From the NCBI RefSeq assembly GCF_041248615.1, contig NZ_CP158426.1: DNA of 64,000 nucleotides; one strand, 5' to 3'. Below are positions 31,854 to 41,095 of this stretch, one piece after another. The stretch is from Escherichia coli. Lineage in GTDB: Bacteria; Pseudomonadota; Gammaproteobacteria; Enterobacterales; Enterobacteriaceae. Below the pieces are notes generated by a model. It saw only the letters and a program-made list of their open reading frames with translations. It was not told the origin of the DNA and did not search any database. The number at the start of each line of letters is the position of its first letter. Positions within the stretch are counted from its first letter, which is position 1. A program made the position numbers and the translations under genes.

Positions 31854-32428
31854 CTGCTCCCGTGGTTATAACTGCCATCATGGATGGCAGTATTGTTATA
31901 GCGAATGGCCACAGACTGATACTCCAGGCTGGCCAGATGGCAGCGGGCCGGTGCAAATGCAGCCAGCGTCTGACGCAGCATCGCGGCCTGATCGTTAGTA
32001 ATGGGCTGTTTCAGAATAACGCGATAAACTGCCCAGGCGGCTGCATCTCCATGAACAAACAGTCCGTTATAGCTGCGATTGCCGTCGTAACTGAGACGAC
32101 CTGTGCCTTCAATCAGATCCACTTCACCAAAGCCAAAACGGCGGATAACTTCCCGGATTGACCACGGCGTCCCTTTATACCGGTGCAGTTCGATGGCTGC
32201 TTTTATAAGCATGCGGCGAACATCGTCCGATTCCGCCAGTTCCCAGCCATCGCCAGACAGTGAGAACTGCTCGCCCAGCCATGGCAGCGCGGAACTGTCG
32301 ACGATATCGACGAGAAAGACCATCAGTACGCTCAGGTCGATGTTATCCAGCCGTCCTGCCAGTCTTCCCAGCGTCCTGAGACTGATATCACCCTCAAGCG
32401 GTGGCGGGAGTTGTAATGGCTCAGTCAT
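31850..32428 (-). CDS. Baseplate protein (P2 gpI / Mu gp48-like)
   Basis: 192 aa, position between baseplate J and tail fibre. Confidence 0.7.
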   Translation of the reverse strand: MTEPLQLPPPLEGDISLRTLGRLAGRLDNIDLSVLMVFLVDIVDSSALPWLGEQFSLSGDGWELAESDDVRRMLIKAAIELHRYKGTPWSIREVIRRFGFGEVDLIEGTGRLSYDGNRSYNGLFVHGDAAAWAVYRVILKQPITNDQAAMLRQTLAAFAPARCHLASLEYQSVAIRYNNTAIHDGSYNHGSS

Positions 32429-33524
32429 CAGACACTCCAGTCATGTTAAGAGTGATTGCCGTACAGTTTGCCCATTCGTTTTCTGCCACCACCCGCAGTG
32501 CCGGTGTCACCAGTTCAACCTGGTACACCCCGGAAACGGACAATGCACTGATAATCTGGCTGGGGACAATATCGCGCCCCAGCGTGGCGGCACGTGATGC
32601 CACCCAGTTCTGTATGGCGCTGTTAGCGGCATCTTTTACAGACCTGGCATCCTGATCACGATAGATCGTAATCCTGGCTTCAATGGTGTAATCCACCTTC
32701 ACTGGTGTTTTAGCCCGCACTGTATCAGTGAGTGGCCTGACTTTCTCATCAGAGCAGAAACTCTCTACCAGCGTGAGAACACCGCCGTCCGGCAGACCGG
32801 TACTGAGCAGCGGATACAGATCTACGGTCCCGGGAACCGGGGAAAGCACAGCAACATCGACAATGTTGGGATGGGCCTGCATGGCATGAAAGCGGTATGC
32901 GCCACGGCTTCCGGCATTGGTGAATGACTCCGGGGCCAGCCTGATACGCTCCCGGAGCCTGTCATCGTCTTCCTGTTCTGAACCGCCGGAACTGGCCGTC
33001 AGATTGCTCACCAGCAGGTCGACGTTATCAATCTCATCGAGTAACTGACTGACCTGCGCAGGTTGCCAGCCGTTACCAGCGGTACCGGGTTCGGTACAGG
33101 TGGACGTGACATTGACCAGCAGCAATCCGGCCTTCAGTACCACATCTGTATCGGTGGCAAAAATAACGCTGTCGGAAGCGCTGACGCGGGTGCCTGCCGG
33201 GATCAGCACATCAATGGTCAGTGCCTCATCCACAGAGAACTGAAGTGTGGTGGTGGCAGGCTGCGCGGCAAGGCGGTATACACCAACCAGTTCTCCGAGG
33301 TAATCAATCATCGGCTCTCGTGAAAAGGCGACCAGATTCTGCTTTGCTGCCTCCTGTACCGCAACCCTGACCAGCATTTCGCGATAGGCCCACAGATCAA
33401 TCAGCAGACGTTCTGCCTGTGCCGGGTACAGCGTTTTGCCGGTATCCGCTTCATACTTCGCAATCATTTCTGCCGTGATTTTGTCGGCATCGCGTTCAAT
33501 AAAATCGGGTTCTGTCAGCGCCAT
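32421..33524 (-). CDS. Baseplate J-like protein (Mu gp47-like)
   Basis: 367 aa, baseplate J family character, conserved order. Confidence 0.8.
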   Translation of the reverse strand: MALTEPDFIERDADKITAEMIAKYEADTGKTLYPAQAERLLIDLWAYREMLVRVAVQEAAKQNLVAFSREPMIDYLGELVGVYRLAAQPATTTLQFSVDEALTIDVLIPAGTRVSASDSVIFATDTDVVLKAGLLLVNVTSTCTEPGTAGNGWQPAQVSQLLDEIDNVDLLVSNLTASSGGSEQEDDDRLRERIRLAPESFTNAGSRGAYRFHAMQAHPNIVDVAVLSPVPGTVDLYPLLSTGLPDGGVLTLVESFCSDEKVRPLTDTVRAKTPVKVDYTIEARITIYRDQDARSVKDAANSAIQNWVASRAATLGRDIVPSQIISALSVSGVYQVELVTPALRVVAENEWANCTAITLNMTGVSDD

Positions 33525-33862
33525 AGCAACTCCTGAGTCCGGGTCTGTCCGTCTGAGCCTTTCCAGCTCACCCGGAGCGTAAGATGTTCGCCGTCGACGG
33601 CGGGTTTAACTGACATAAGCTGGCAGCGGGGCTCCCAGCGTCGGATGGCATCGACGGATTCGCGCACCACATGCGGAATGGCCCGGTCTACAGGCCAGTC
33701 GATATAAAGATGCAGATTGCTGCCGAACTCCGGGCGATGCGGGTCGCTGCCGCGGGGAGTCCGCAGGATAATTTGAATCGCCTGCCGGATATCATCCAGC
33801 CCCCGGACAATTTCGCCGGGAGCCTGCAGGGCTGGTTGCCAGAATACTGAGGTTGTTTTCAT
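33515..33862 (-). CDS. Baseplate wedge protein (gpW/gp25-like)
   Basis: 115 aa with IIRTPRGSDPHRPEFGSNL motif typical of gp25/gpW. Confidence 0.8.
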   Translation of the reverse strand: MKTTSVFWQPALQAPGEIVRGLDDIRQAIQIILRTPRGSDPHRPEFGSNLHLYIDWPVDRAIPHVVRESVDAIRRWEPRCQLMSVKPAVDGEHLTLRVSWKGSDGQTRTQELLWR

Positions 33863-33916
33863 GGGGGCAGTATTGCCCCCGTGCGGGAACGCTGATATTA
33901 AAGGCGTTTAAAAAGC

Positions 33917-34513
33917 TCAGTGGGAGTGGTGGCTGGAGTTTTCGCCATCAGACAACATACTGCCCGTGGCATGGGCATTCCCTTTAATCTCGATATTGCC
34001 ATGGATGGTCGCGGTAACACCTTCACCACCAGAACCCGCCATGCCTCCTTCGTAAATCAGCTTACCCCTGACACGCAGATCTCCGGTAAGTTCGGTTTCC
34101 GGTGCGTCAATCGTGGCTTTCTGTGTTTTCAATACCACATCAGCACCACACTCAATGACAATATGCTCAATGCCGCCCCGGATGATCAGAGTGTGCGTCT
34201 TCCGGTTGTAGCTGTACTCTGCACCATCAGCAAACCGGGTTCCCCGGATATTTTTGTCACTGAACGGTGGTTTATCGACGTCTGAATACACCGCGCCCAG
34301 AATAACACCATCCTCGCCGTTGGCATCGAGCAGCACCTCAACCTGCTCCCCCACGTCAGGGAGCCAGTAATCTTTGTTATCCTGGGTATTGCGCTGCAGC
34401 ACGTTAAGCCAGTTTGTGCGCAGGTTATCGCATTCAGGCAGACGAACGCGGGCCTGAACCCTGTCGGCATCAACGGCACTGACCGTACCGACCTGACGAG
34501 TGACACCAGTCAT
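33917..34513 (-). CDS. Baseplate assembly protein V / spike (Mu gp45-like)
   Basis: 198 aa, gpV-like N-terminus and His-rich C-terminus. Confidence 0.75.
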   Translation of the reverse strand: MTGVTRQVGTVSAVDADRVQARVRLPECDNLRTNWLNVLQRNTQDNKDYWLPDVGEQVEVLLDANGEDGVILGAVYSDVDKPPFSDKNIRGTRFADGAEYSYNRKTHTLIIRGGIEHIVIECGADVVLKTQKATIDAPETELTGDLRVRGKLIYEGGMAGSGGEGVTATIHGNIEIKGNAHATGSMLSDGENSSHHSH

Positions 34514-35664
34514 TTTTTCTTCTCCTTAATCACCGTCGATGTACTGCCATCCGGGTGATAAACCGTGAGTTTCTGAGTTTTTTGTTTTTTCCCTCTTGTG
34601 ACTGGCCCCCGTGCCACTTCCAGCTCTGTGGTGTAGCCGCTGTTACGGTCAAACGCATGGCGGGCAGTGGTTATGAGCCATGGCCCGGATAACTGCCCAA
34701 AACCCACCAGTTCAATTTTGTTGCCTGCTGTCAGTTGAGGTGTTCCCGTCAGCGTCAGGGAGCCGTTCTGCTGGTATTCGTTATGTCTGGCCAGTGCTGA
34801 ATCCGCTTTAATCCGGGCACTGTCCGGGTCGCTGACGCGGCTGTTAACTTTAAGTGAGTCAGCGCTGGTAACCTTACCACCTTTGAGCTTTTTGTCGCTT
34901 TCACGGGTACCACCATCAGCTTCGTAGACGATCAGTTTTTTACTGCTGCTTTTCTGGTGTTTTACCTTTGCAGATTTATAGACCCGGTTGATGGTGTCAC
35001 GCAGGGAAAAGCGGGCCACATCCTGCGGTTTTAACTGCCTGACCGGCTCCTGACTGCGCAGTGTGGCCAGATGAGAAAAAATCAGCTGGTCACTGACCAC
35101 TTTCACTGCATAACCATACTCGCTGGCCAGCCGGCGCAGAAAACCCACGTCGGTTTCAGCATACTGGGTCACCCGGTCGATTCTGATGGACTCAATGCTG
35201 CCCACCAGTTTCAGCCGGTGCTTTCTGGCAATCCGCCCCGCAACAGCTGCCAGCGTGGTGTTCTCAAAACCACGACTGGTTTTAGTCCGCAGGGCACTGT
35301 TAACCGAGGTGGCCACCCCACGGATAGAAACAACGGAAGCGGGCGAACTCACTTCGATCTCGTCTATAGAGAACGTACCGCAGGACAGCAGCTTCTCGCC
35401 CTGATAGCCCATTTTCAGCGTCAGCGTGTCACCCTTGCCCGGATACCACTTATCCAGCCAGCGGCCATCGGTGTCGTCCAGCTCCACCTCAATGGTATCG
35501 GACTCATTTTTGATGTTATCGCTCCAGGTCACACGGGTGACATAAGGCGCGATATCAGAGGTGATGTTTTTCTGCAGATACCACAGAGTGAACACCGGTG
35601 TCAGCACATCGCTGACGCCGGTTAACGCTGATGTGACTTGCGCAGTGCTGTTTATCTCAGCCAT
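34510..35664 (-). CDS. Baseplate hub / late-control-D-like tail protein (Mu P-like)
   Basis: 384 aa, gpD-like, follows tape measure module. Confidence 0.7.
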   Translation of the reverse strand: MAEINSTAQVTSALTGVSDVLTPVFTLWYLQKNITSDIAPYVTRVTWSDNIKNESDTIEVELDDTDGRWLDKWYPGKGDTLTLKMGYQGEKLLSCGTFSIDEIEVSSPASVVSIRGVATSVNSALRTKTSRGFENTTLAAVAGRIARKHRLKLVGSIESIRIDRVTQYAETDVGFLRRLASEYGYAVKVVSDQLIFSHLATLRSQEPVRQLKPQDVARFSLRDTINRVYKSAKVKHQKSSSKKLIVYEADGGTRESDKKLKGGKVTSADSLKVNSRVSDPDSARIKADSALARHNEYQQNGSLTLTGTPQLTAGNKIELVGFGQLSGPWLITTARHAFDRNSGYTTELEVARGPVTRGKKQKTQKLTVYHPDGSTSTVIKEKKK

Positions 35665-35867
35665 GGGGCAATATCCTCTTCTGTACGGGCTTCTTCAGCC
35701 TCAATCACCGGGATCAGTAACAACAGCCCGGAGGGCAGCACCGGCGTGATGGCCACGTGCGGATTGGCGGCAATAATCCGGGGATAGCCCAGCGGGTCAC
35801 CGTAGTACTGCCATGCCAGCGAATCCCAGCGCTCTCCGTCACGGGTAACATGTTCAAGAAACATCAC
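35652..35867 (-). CDS. Tail protein X-like small protein
   Basis: 71 aa between N-like and hub genes; overlapping starts and stops. Confidence 0.45.
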   Translation of the reverse strand: MMFLEHVTRDGERWDSLAWQYYGDPLGYPRIIAANPHVAITPVLPSGLLLLIPVIEAEEARTEEDIAPWLR

Positions 35868-36748
35868 ACACTCCTCGTCAGTATTCTGGCGGCCATTGCA
35901 CTTAATCCCGGAGACATGCGGTTGAATGCTGTGCCGGCGGCGTTAAGCTGCCCGGAAACGGTATCCAGAGCACCTGCAATATTTCTTTTGTCCACACCAC
36001 TCAGCGCAGACTGTGCCTGCTGTACATACGTGGCTGCTTCGCTGGCTGTTCTGGCCAGACTGATGGCATCGGGCATGGATTCAGAGAGTGCGTTAAACGC
36101 CGGAACACTTTTCCCCAGAGCCCCGGAGATATTACCCAGTCCGCTCATCAGCCCCGGCACACGGGTCAGTGCGACAACGGGGTTATCCTTCATTTTCTGT
36201 GTCACCCGAACGGCGCTGATAGTGGTCTGGAGTACAGACTGCGCCTGTTTCGCATAGTTGACGCCGTTGCGGATGAACTGCGCCACCCCTGAAGGTGAAG
36301 GAATGGCACCGGAGACCGCCCCGACACCCGGGAGCTTCGTGCGTATTGCCGGTGGTTGCAGAGGATTTTTCGGATCACCGGTGTATTCCCGGAGAGACAC
36401 GGTGGCACTGACAGCCAGCACGTTACCGGTGCTGTCTGTCTGCTCGCTGGTTGCGGTCACATCGGTAATCACGAACCAGCCACGATAGTCACCGTTGCCG
36501 AAGACCAGCGCCAGTGCCTGATGGGCTTTCATGGCTGTTCGCAGTCTCGCCAGCTCCACATCGGGTACACAATAATGCTGATGGAAGACCAGACTTATCT
36601 GGATTTCGTCCAGCCTGTCGCCGACGAACTGCAGGCCAGGCTTACCCCCGATGCGGGCATGCTCCGCATAATCGACGCCGGACGTGGCCTCGAAGCCGTC
36701 CCAGTAGGTAATCAGCTCAAACTCAATATCACCCAGTACGGCAAACAT
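35864..36748 (-). CDS. Tail protein (Mu N / DNA-circularisation family-like)
   Basis: 294 aa immediately downstream of tape measure. Confidence 0.55.
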   Translation of the reverse strand: MFAVLGDIEFELITYWDGFEATSGVDYAEHARIGGKPGLQFVGDRLDEIQISLVFHQHYCVPDVELARLRTAMKAHQALALVFGNGDYRGWFVITDVTATSEQTDSTGNVLAVSATVSLREYTGDPKNPLQPPAIRTKLPGVGAVSGAIPSPSGVAQFIRNGVNYAKQAQSVLQTTISAVRVTQKMKDNPVVALTRVPGLMSGLGNISGALGKSVPAFNALSESMPDAISLARTASEAATYVQQAQSALSGVDKRNIAGALDTVSGQLNAAGTAFNRMSPGLSAMAARILTRSV

Positions 36749-39699
36749 CAGCGGTACTCCTTACGTTGTTTCTGAGCCAGCAGACGCTCCAGCATTTTTT
36801 CCAGCTCATGCAGACTCATATTCAGGGCACCAGTCAGTCCTGCAGGCGCTGTGGTTTCCCTGCCATTGAGGAAAAACTGAGGATTAAAGCTGACCTGGAT
36901 ACCACCAGACGTTCCACCGCCGGTTGCAGCTGCACCACGGCCTGAATATCCGGCAGTCAGGATTTCAGGCGAGGGGATACGGGGAACATCCGGTGTCATC
37001 TCATTTGCCAGACGTTGCCCTGGTAAAATCGATGCCCGGGTGGGGAGCGGAATAGCGGGCATGGAAGACAAACTATTGATTACGGCTCCGATCGCATTTT
37101 TAGCAGACGACATAAACACATTGATATCGGGCAACGGCATACTGAAGCGAACACCTGAAGTGTTATCCCGTATTTCTGGCCCCTGAATGCTCACGGGCAT
37201 TCTGGGGAGCAGTTCACTGGCCATTCGCTGCCCGGCCAGAGCTGCAAGCGGAGTGGTCCGCTGCAGGCCAATGGCGGCCCCCTGCGCGATATTGTCACCA
37301 AAGCCCATAAACACGCGGCTCGGCGAATGAATGCCCAGCTTTTCGCTGAACCAGCCACTGATGCTGTCGCCCATTCCGGTTACACTGGATTTGAGCGACT
37401 CCCATTTGTTTTTGATACCGTTAATCAGACCATCGACAAGATGGCCACCGAAGTCGGTAAACTTTGCCGGCAGATCAACACCAAGATATTTCAGCGCAGC
37501 TGCAAAGGCTTTATAGAGCAGACCTGCCGGCGACCAGTTAATCAGCAGCTTACCAGTTCCCGCGATACCGCCGTTAAAGGCTTCCTGAATGTCAGCCCAG
37601 CACTGTTTAAACCAGCTACTGATGCTGTCACCCATTCCGGTTACACTGGATTTGAGCGACCCCCATTTGTTTTTGATACCGTTAATCAGACCGTCGATAA
37701 GATGACCACCGAAGTCGGTGAACTTTGCCGGCAGAGTAACGCCGAAATATTTCAGCGCAGCCGCAAAGGCTTTATAGAGCAGACCTGCCGGCGACCAGTT
37801 AATCAGCAGCTTACCAGTTCCCGCGATACCGCCGTTAAAGGCTTCCTGAATGTCAGCCCAGCGCTGTTTAAACCAGCCACTGACTGCCCCCCAGTTGCGG
37901 TAGATAAGGTAAGCTGCTGCCGCGACAGCGGTGATAACGAGACCGATGGGATTCATCATCAGCGCACGTCCAATCCAGAGAACAGCACGTCCGGCGAGCA
38001 TAATTCCGCGAACCAGCCCCCCGGAGAGCACGCCACTCAGTGTTCTGGCTCCTCTGGCGACGGCGCTAAATCCGGTCACCAGCCAGCGGAGCTTACCGCC
38101 TTGCCCCAGTGCGAGCGACAGACGAAGCCAGTTGGCCCGAAGTAAAACAGCATTTTTCCAGACACTTACAAAGGGGGAAATAAGGAGATTCAGCCCCAGT
38201 TTGAGACCAACAGTCGCTATCTTAATCGCAAGGAGCGCACTGATGAGCTTAAAAGCCCCACTGACAAATTGCGGGTGAGTCGCTACCCAGTGTTTTGCCC
38301 CCTGAATGAGTGGAAGCAGTTCCTGAGTCAAAGAAATAAAAGATGGAGCTAATTGATCGCCCAGCGTAATTGCCAGATCGCGACTGCTGACCATAAGTGT
38401 TTTAGTGGCTTCAAGGGGAGATTTCAGCCGCTGATCATAAGCACTGGCAAGCAAATCGTTATCCGCAGCCCTGAGAGCACCGGCACGGATCTCTCGATAT
38501 CTGTCCATGTTGGCCAGCATCGGGCGGATAAATGCCATGACCTGCATATCCGCGAACATATCGCCCAGACCAAAGTTTTTCGCCAGAGCCTGAAGTGCCT
38601 CATCTCTTGCCGTATCATTCTTTATTTTCATGGCTGATTTGAAGCCGGCCAGCGCTTCGGGGCTTTTGGCATTGAGGTAACGTTCTATAACACTCAACAT
38701 CCCTTCAATCGGAGAGATCCCCGCAGCTTTATAACTCGCAATAGATCCCTGCAAATCAATACCCAGATCAGCAAACTGTTTCTGAGTATCGCGGGCAAAA
38801 ATTTTGGTAAGAAAGTTTTTAAAATTATTAGCTGCTTCGTCGGTGGAACCTGCACCGATTTTTGCTATCTGGAGACTGGCCCCGATTTCAGCAACAGCCT
38901 CTTTTCCACTGGCAATACCCGCCATCATTGGGGCCAGGGACTGCATCCACTTGACCTGATCCGGGATTTCAAATGACCCCTGGTCACCGGCATAAGCCAT
39001 AATATTCTGAACGGCACCAAAATCTCTGGCCGCACCTTTCAGGGAGTTTTGCCAGACTGCGGCCACTTTTGCCCAGTCCTGAGCAGACGTGCGTGTTGCC
39101 GTTGCCGCGCGGGCAATATCCGGCATCAGAAAACCGATATCTGACACATTATCAATATTGTCGCTGATGAGTGAACCCACCGCCTCCTGCAGCTCATCCT
39201 GATACTGATTGTATTTAAGCGCCCAGCCTTTTATCTGTCCGGCAAGTGCATCCCGCGTTTTATTGTCATATTTTGCGGTGATCGACATATCAATCATTTT
39301 GTCCTGAAAAGACATGGACTGCTGAACGGCAGGGGAAACCGTATGATAAACAGTCTGTGCCATGCCATACGCTTCAATCCCCTGACCATACAGCGCCATG
39401 CGGTTAGCTTTCAGCGCATCACTGGTAGCGGATGCCGCTGACAGACGGCGCTGCTGGCGCTCAATTTGCTCCATGGTGCGGCTTACCCGCAGCAGCTCGC
39501 TGTTGAGATGCTGCATCCGGGAAGAACCCAGTTGACCATAACGTTCTGTTGCACGGGTTAAAGCGTTCTGACGTTCCTGCAGGCGGCGTGAGGTATCGCT
39601 CAGGGAATCAAGCGCACGGCGGGTACCGCTCATTGCAGAACGGAATGTGCTGCCAATCATCCCGCCGATAACAACGCCGACTGAAAACTGTCCCGACAT
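36748..39699 (-). CDS. Tail tape measure protein with internal 87-aa tandem duplication
   Basis: 983 aa, alpha-helical Gly/Ala-rich; 261 bp direct repeat (blocks at 37534 and 37795). Confidence 0.85.
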   Translation of the reverse strand: MSGQFSVGVVIGGMIGSTFRSAMSGTRRALDSLSDTSRRLQERQNALTRATERYGQLGSSRMQHLNSELLRVSRTMEQIERQQRRLSAASATSDALKANRMALYGQGIEAYGMAQTVYHTVSPAVQQSMSFQDKMIDMSITAKYDNKTRDALAGQIKGWALKYNQYQDELQEAVGSLISDNIDNVSDIGFLMPDIARAATATRTSAQDWAKVAAVWQNSLKGAARDFGAVQNIMAYAGDQGSFEIPDQVKWMQSLAPMMAGIASGKEAVAEIGASLQIAKIGAGSTDEAANNFKNFLTKIFARDTQKQFADLGIDLQGSIASYKAAGISPIEGMLSVIERYLNAKSPEALAGFKSAMKIKNDTARDEALQALAKNFGLGDMFADMQVMAFIRPMLANMDRYREIRAGALRAADNDLLASAYDQRLKSPLEATKTLMVSSRDLAITLGDQLAPSFISLTQELLPLIQGAKHWVATHPQFVSGAFKLISALLAIKIATVGLKLGLNLLISPFVSVWKNAVLLRANWLRLSLALGQGGKLRWLVTGFSAVARGARTLSGVLSGGLVRGIMLAGRAVLWIGRALMMNPIGLVITAVAAAAYLIYRNWGAVSGWFKQRWADIQEAFNGGIAGTGKLLINWSPAGLLYKAFAAALKYFGVTLPAKFTDFGGHLIDGLINGIKNKWGSLKSSVTGMGDSISSWFKQCWADIQEAFNGGIAGTGKLLINWSPAGLLYKAFAAALKYLGVDLPAKFTDFGGHLVDGLINGIKNKWESLKSSVTGMGDSISGWFSEKLGIHSPSRVFMGFGDNIAQGAAIGLQRTTPLAALAGQRMASELLPRMPVSIQGPEIRDNTSGVRFSMPLPDINVFMSSAKNAIGAVINSLSSMPAIPLPTRASILPGQRLANEMTPDVPRIPSPEILTAGYSGRGAAATGGGTSGGIQVSFNPQFFLNGRETTAPAGLTGALNMSLHELEKMLERLLAQKQRKEYR

Positions 39700-39774
39700 A
39701 GTGGTTAACCTCCGGGGAAGGTGAAAAGACGTGAGGGAATAACGCAGAACAGCCGCTACTGGCGGCTGTCTGTA

Positions 39775-40032
39775 CTATGATTTGTCGCCGTACTCGCTTT
39801 TTATTTGCTCTTCAGCCTGCTCCAGCCACATCTCCAGATCGTCAGTATCGAGGGCATCAATCTCCCCCGGCTGAAACCGGAACCATCTCGCCAGCAGCCC
39901 CTGCGCCTGCGTCAGCGCCCTGGTTGCTCTCACCCATCCCCGTGATGAGCTGAAATCGTTTCTGTAACTGCAGGTAATCAGCCAGATCCATATTGTCGAG
40001 ATCTTCCGGGAGAAGACCAGTACTGCGGGCAA
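39775..40032 (-). CDS. Candidate frameshift extension of tail assembly chaperone (no ATG; TTG in ORF track)
   Basis: Overlaps 39857-40032 in the +1 frame relative to the chaperone and ends 82 nt past its stop. Confidence 0.35.
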   Translation of the reverse strand: MPAVLVFSRKISTIWIWLITCSYRNDFSSSRGWVRATRALTQAQGLLARWFRFQPGEIDALDTDDLEMWLEQAEEQIKSEYGDKS

Positions 40033-40192
40033 TCAGCGGTTCGTCCCAGTCTGCCGGGTTTTTGCTGATTTTGCGCACCTGCTTCAGGTCTTTTACCGTC
40101 AGGCGTTTCAGTTCAACCAGCTCAATTCTGGTGCCTGCAGCAGTGGTGAAGGGATAAGACAATTTAAAAGTATCGGATGGGGTCTGTGACAT
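39857..40192 (-). CDS. Tail assembly chaperone (upstream ORF of frameshift pair)
   Basis: 111 aa between tube and tape measure; acidic C-terminus; overlapping out-of-frame ORF follows. Confidence 0.6.
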   Translation of the reverse strand: MSQTPSDTFKLSYPFTTAAGTRIELVELKRLTVKDLKQVRKISKNPADWDEPLIARSTGLLPEDLDNMDLADYLQLQKRFQLITGMGESNQGADAGAGAAGEMVPVSAGGD

Positions 40193-40289
40193 GATTGTGC
40201 TCCTGTGTAAGTTCAGGGCAGTATGTCGGGAGAAGCGCGTGACGGATATTAAAGGAGATTAAGAAGAAGGGGCCGGAGCCCCTGTGATG

Positions 40290-40571
40290 TCAGCAAGTGC
40301 GAAACCCCTTGCAGTTACGCAGGAAAGCGATGAGAAGCGTCTTTCCCTCAGATTTGCCGATGCCGGAGAACCAGTGGTCGGGAGGCTCCCATGCTTCAAT
40401 CAAATCCGCCAGTTTGCGGGCCTTTGAACGTGTGCAGTCAATCGGGTCATTGGTTTTACGGGTATTAAAAAGGGTTTCCACCCCCGGAATATCAAGGAGG
40501 GTAAACCACGTACCATTTGACATGCCCAGTGCCGCACATCGTCCTCCTTTATCCGTCAGTTCAACACTCAC
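40290..40571 (-). CDS. Small tail-module protein of unknown function
   Basis: 93 aa ORF directly after tail tube gene. Confidence 0.5.
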   Translation of the reverse strand: MSVELTDKGGRCAALGMSNGTWFTLLDIPGVETLFNTRKTNDPIDCTRSKARKLADLIEAWEPPDHWFSGIGKSEGKTLLIAFLRNCKGFRTC

Positions 40572-40573
40572 CG

Positions 40574-41095
40574 TCAGCCCCCGATATTGATACGGTAGTC
40601 AGTCAGCTGATCAACGCCACCGACGCGGAAGATGTTGGCCAGATAGTCCAGTTGCAGCAGCTCTTCACCATCCAGTACCTGTCTGATATACGTGCAGGTG
40701 AAGCTACTGGAGAACTCGGCGTTCTCGTGCTGTTTGAACGTCCCCAGCGGGTTCTTCTTGAACATAATCGTCAGGAAGGTGACCAGCGGGATTTCGTCAA
40801 TCAGCCCCTGCGAGCTGTAGCGCTGGACGCTGGAACGACACTGCAGTGCCAGCGACCTGTACGGGTTCGCGGCAGACAGCATCGCATCGCGGTAAAAGCT
40901 GTTCCATTTGATTTCGCCTTCCAGTTTGTCAAAACCAGCCGGGAGTTCCACCTTACCCACCATCCCCAGCGCCTTGTGTTCCTGCATAATCATGGAGACA
41001 TCGGGGAGTTTAACTTCCTCAGCCCGTCCCAGCAGGTTAGTACCATCCAGATAGATGTTGGCATTCGTGATGCGGTTTATCTCAATCTTTGACAT
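40574..41095 (-). CDS. Tail tube protein (Mu M-like)
   Basis: 173 aa immediately after sheath gene, start/stop overlap. Confidence 0.8.
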   Translation of the reverse strand: MSKIEINRITNANIYLDGTNLLGRAEEVKLPDVSMIMQEHKALGMVGKVELPAGFDKLEGEIKWNSFYRDAMLSAANPYRSLALQCRSSVQRYSSQGLIDEIPLVTFLTIMFKKNPLGTFKQHENAEFSSSFTCTYIRQVLDGEELLQLDYLANIFRVGGVDQLTDYRINIGG

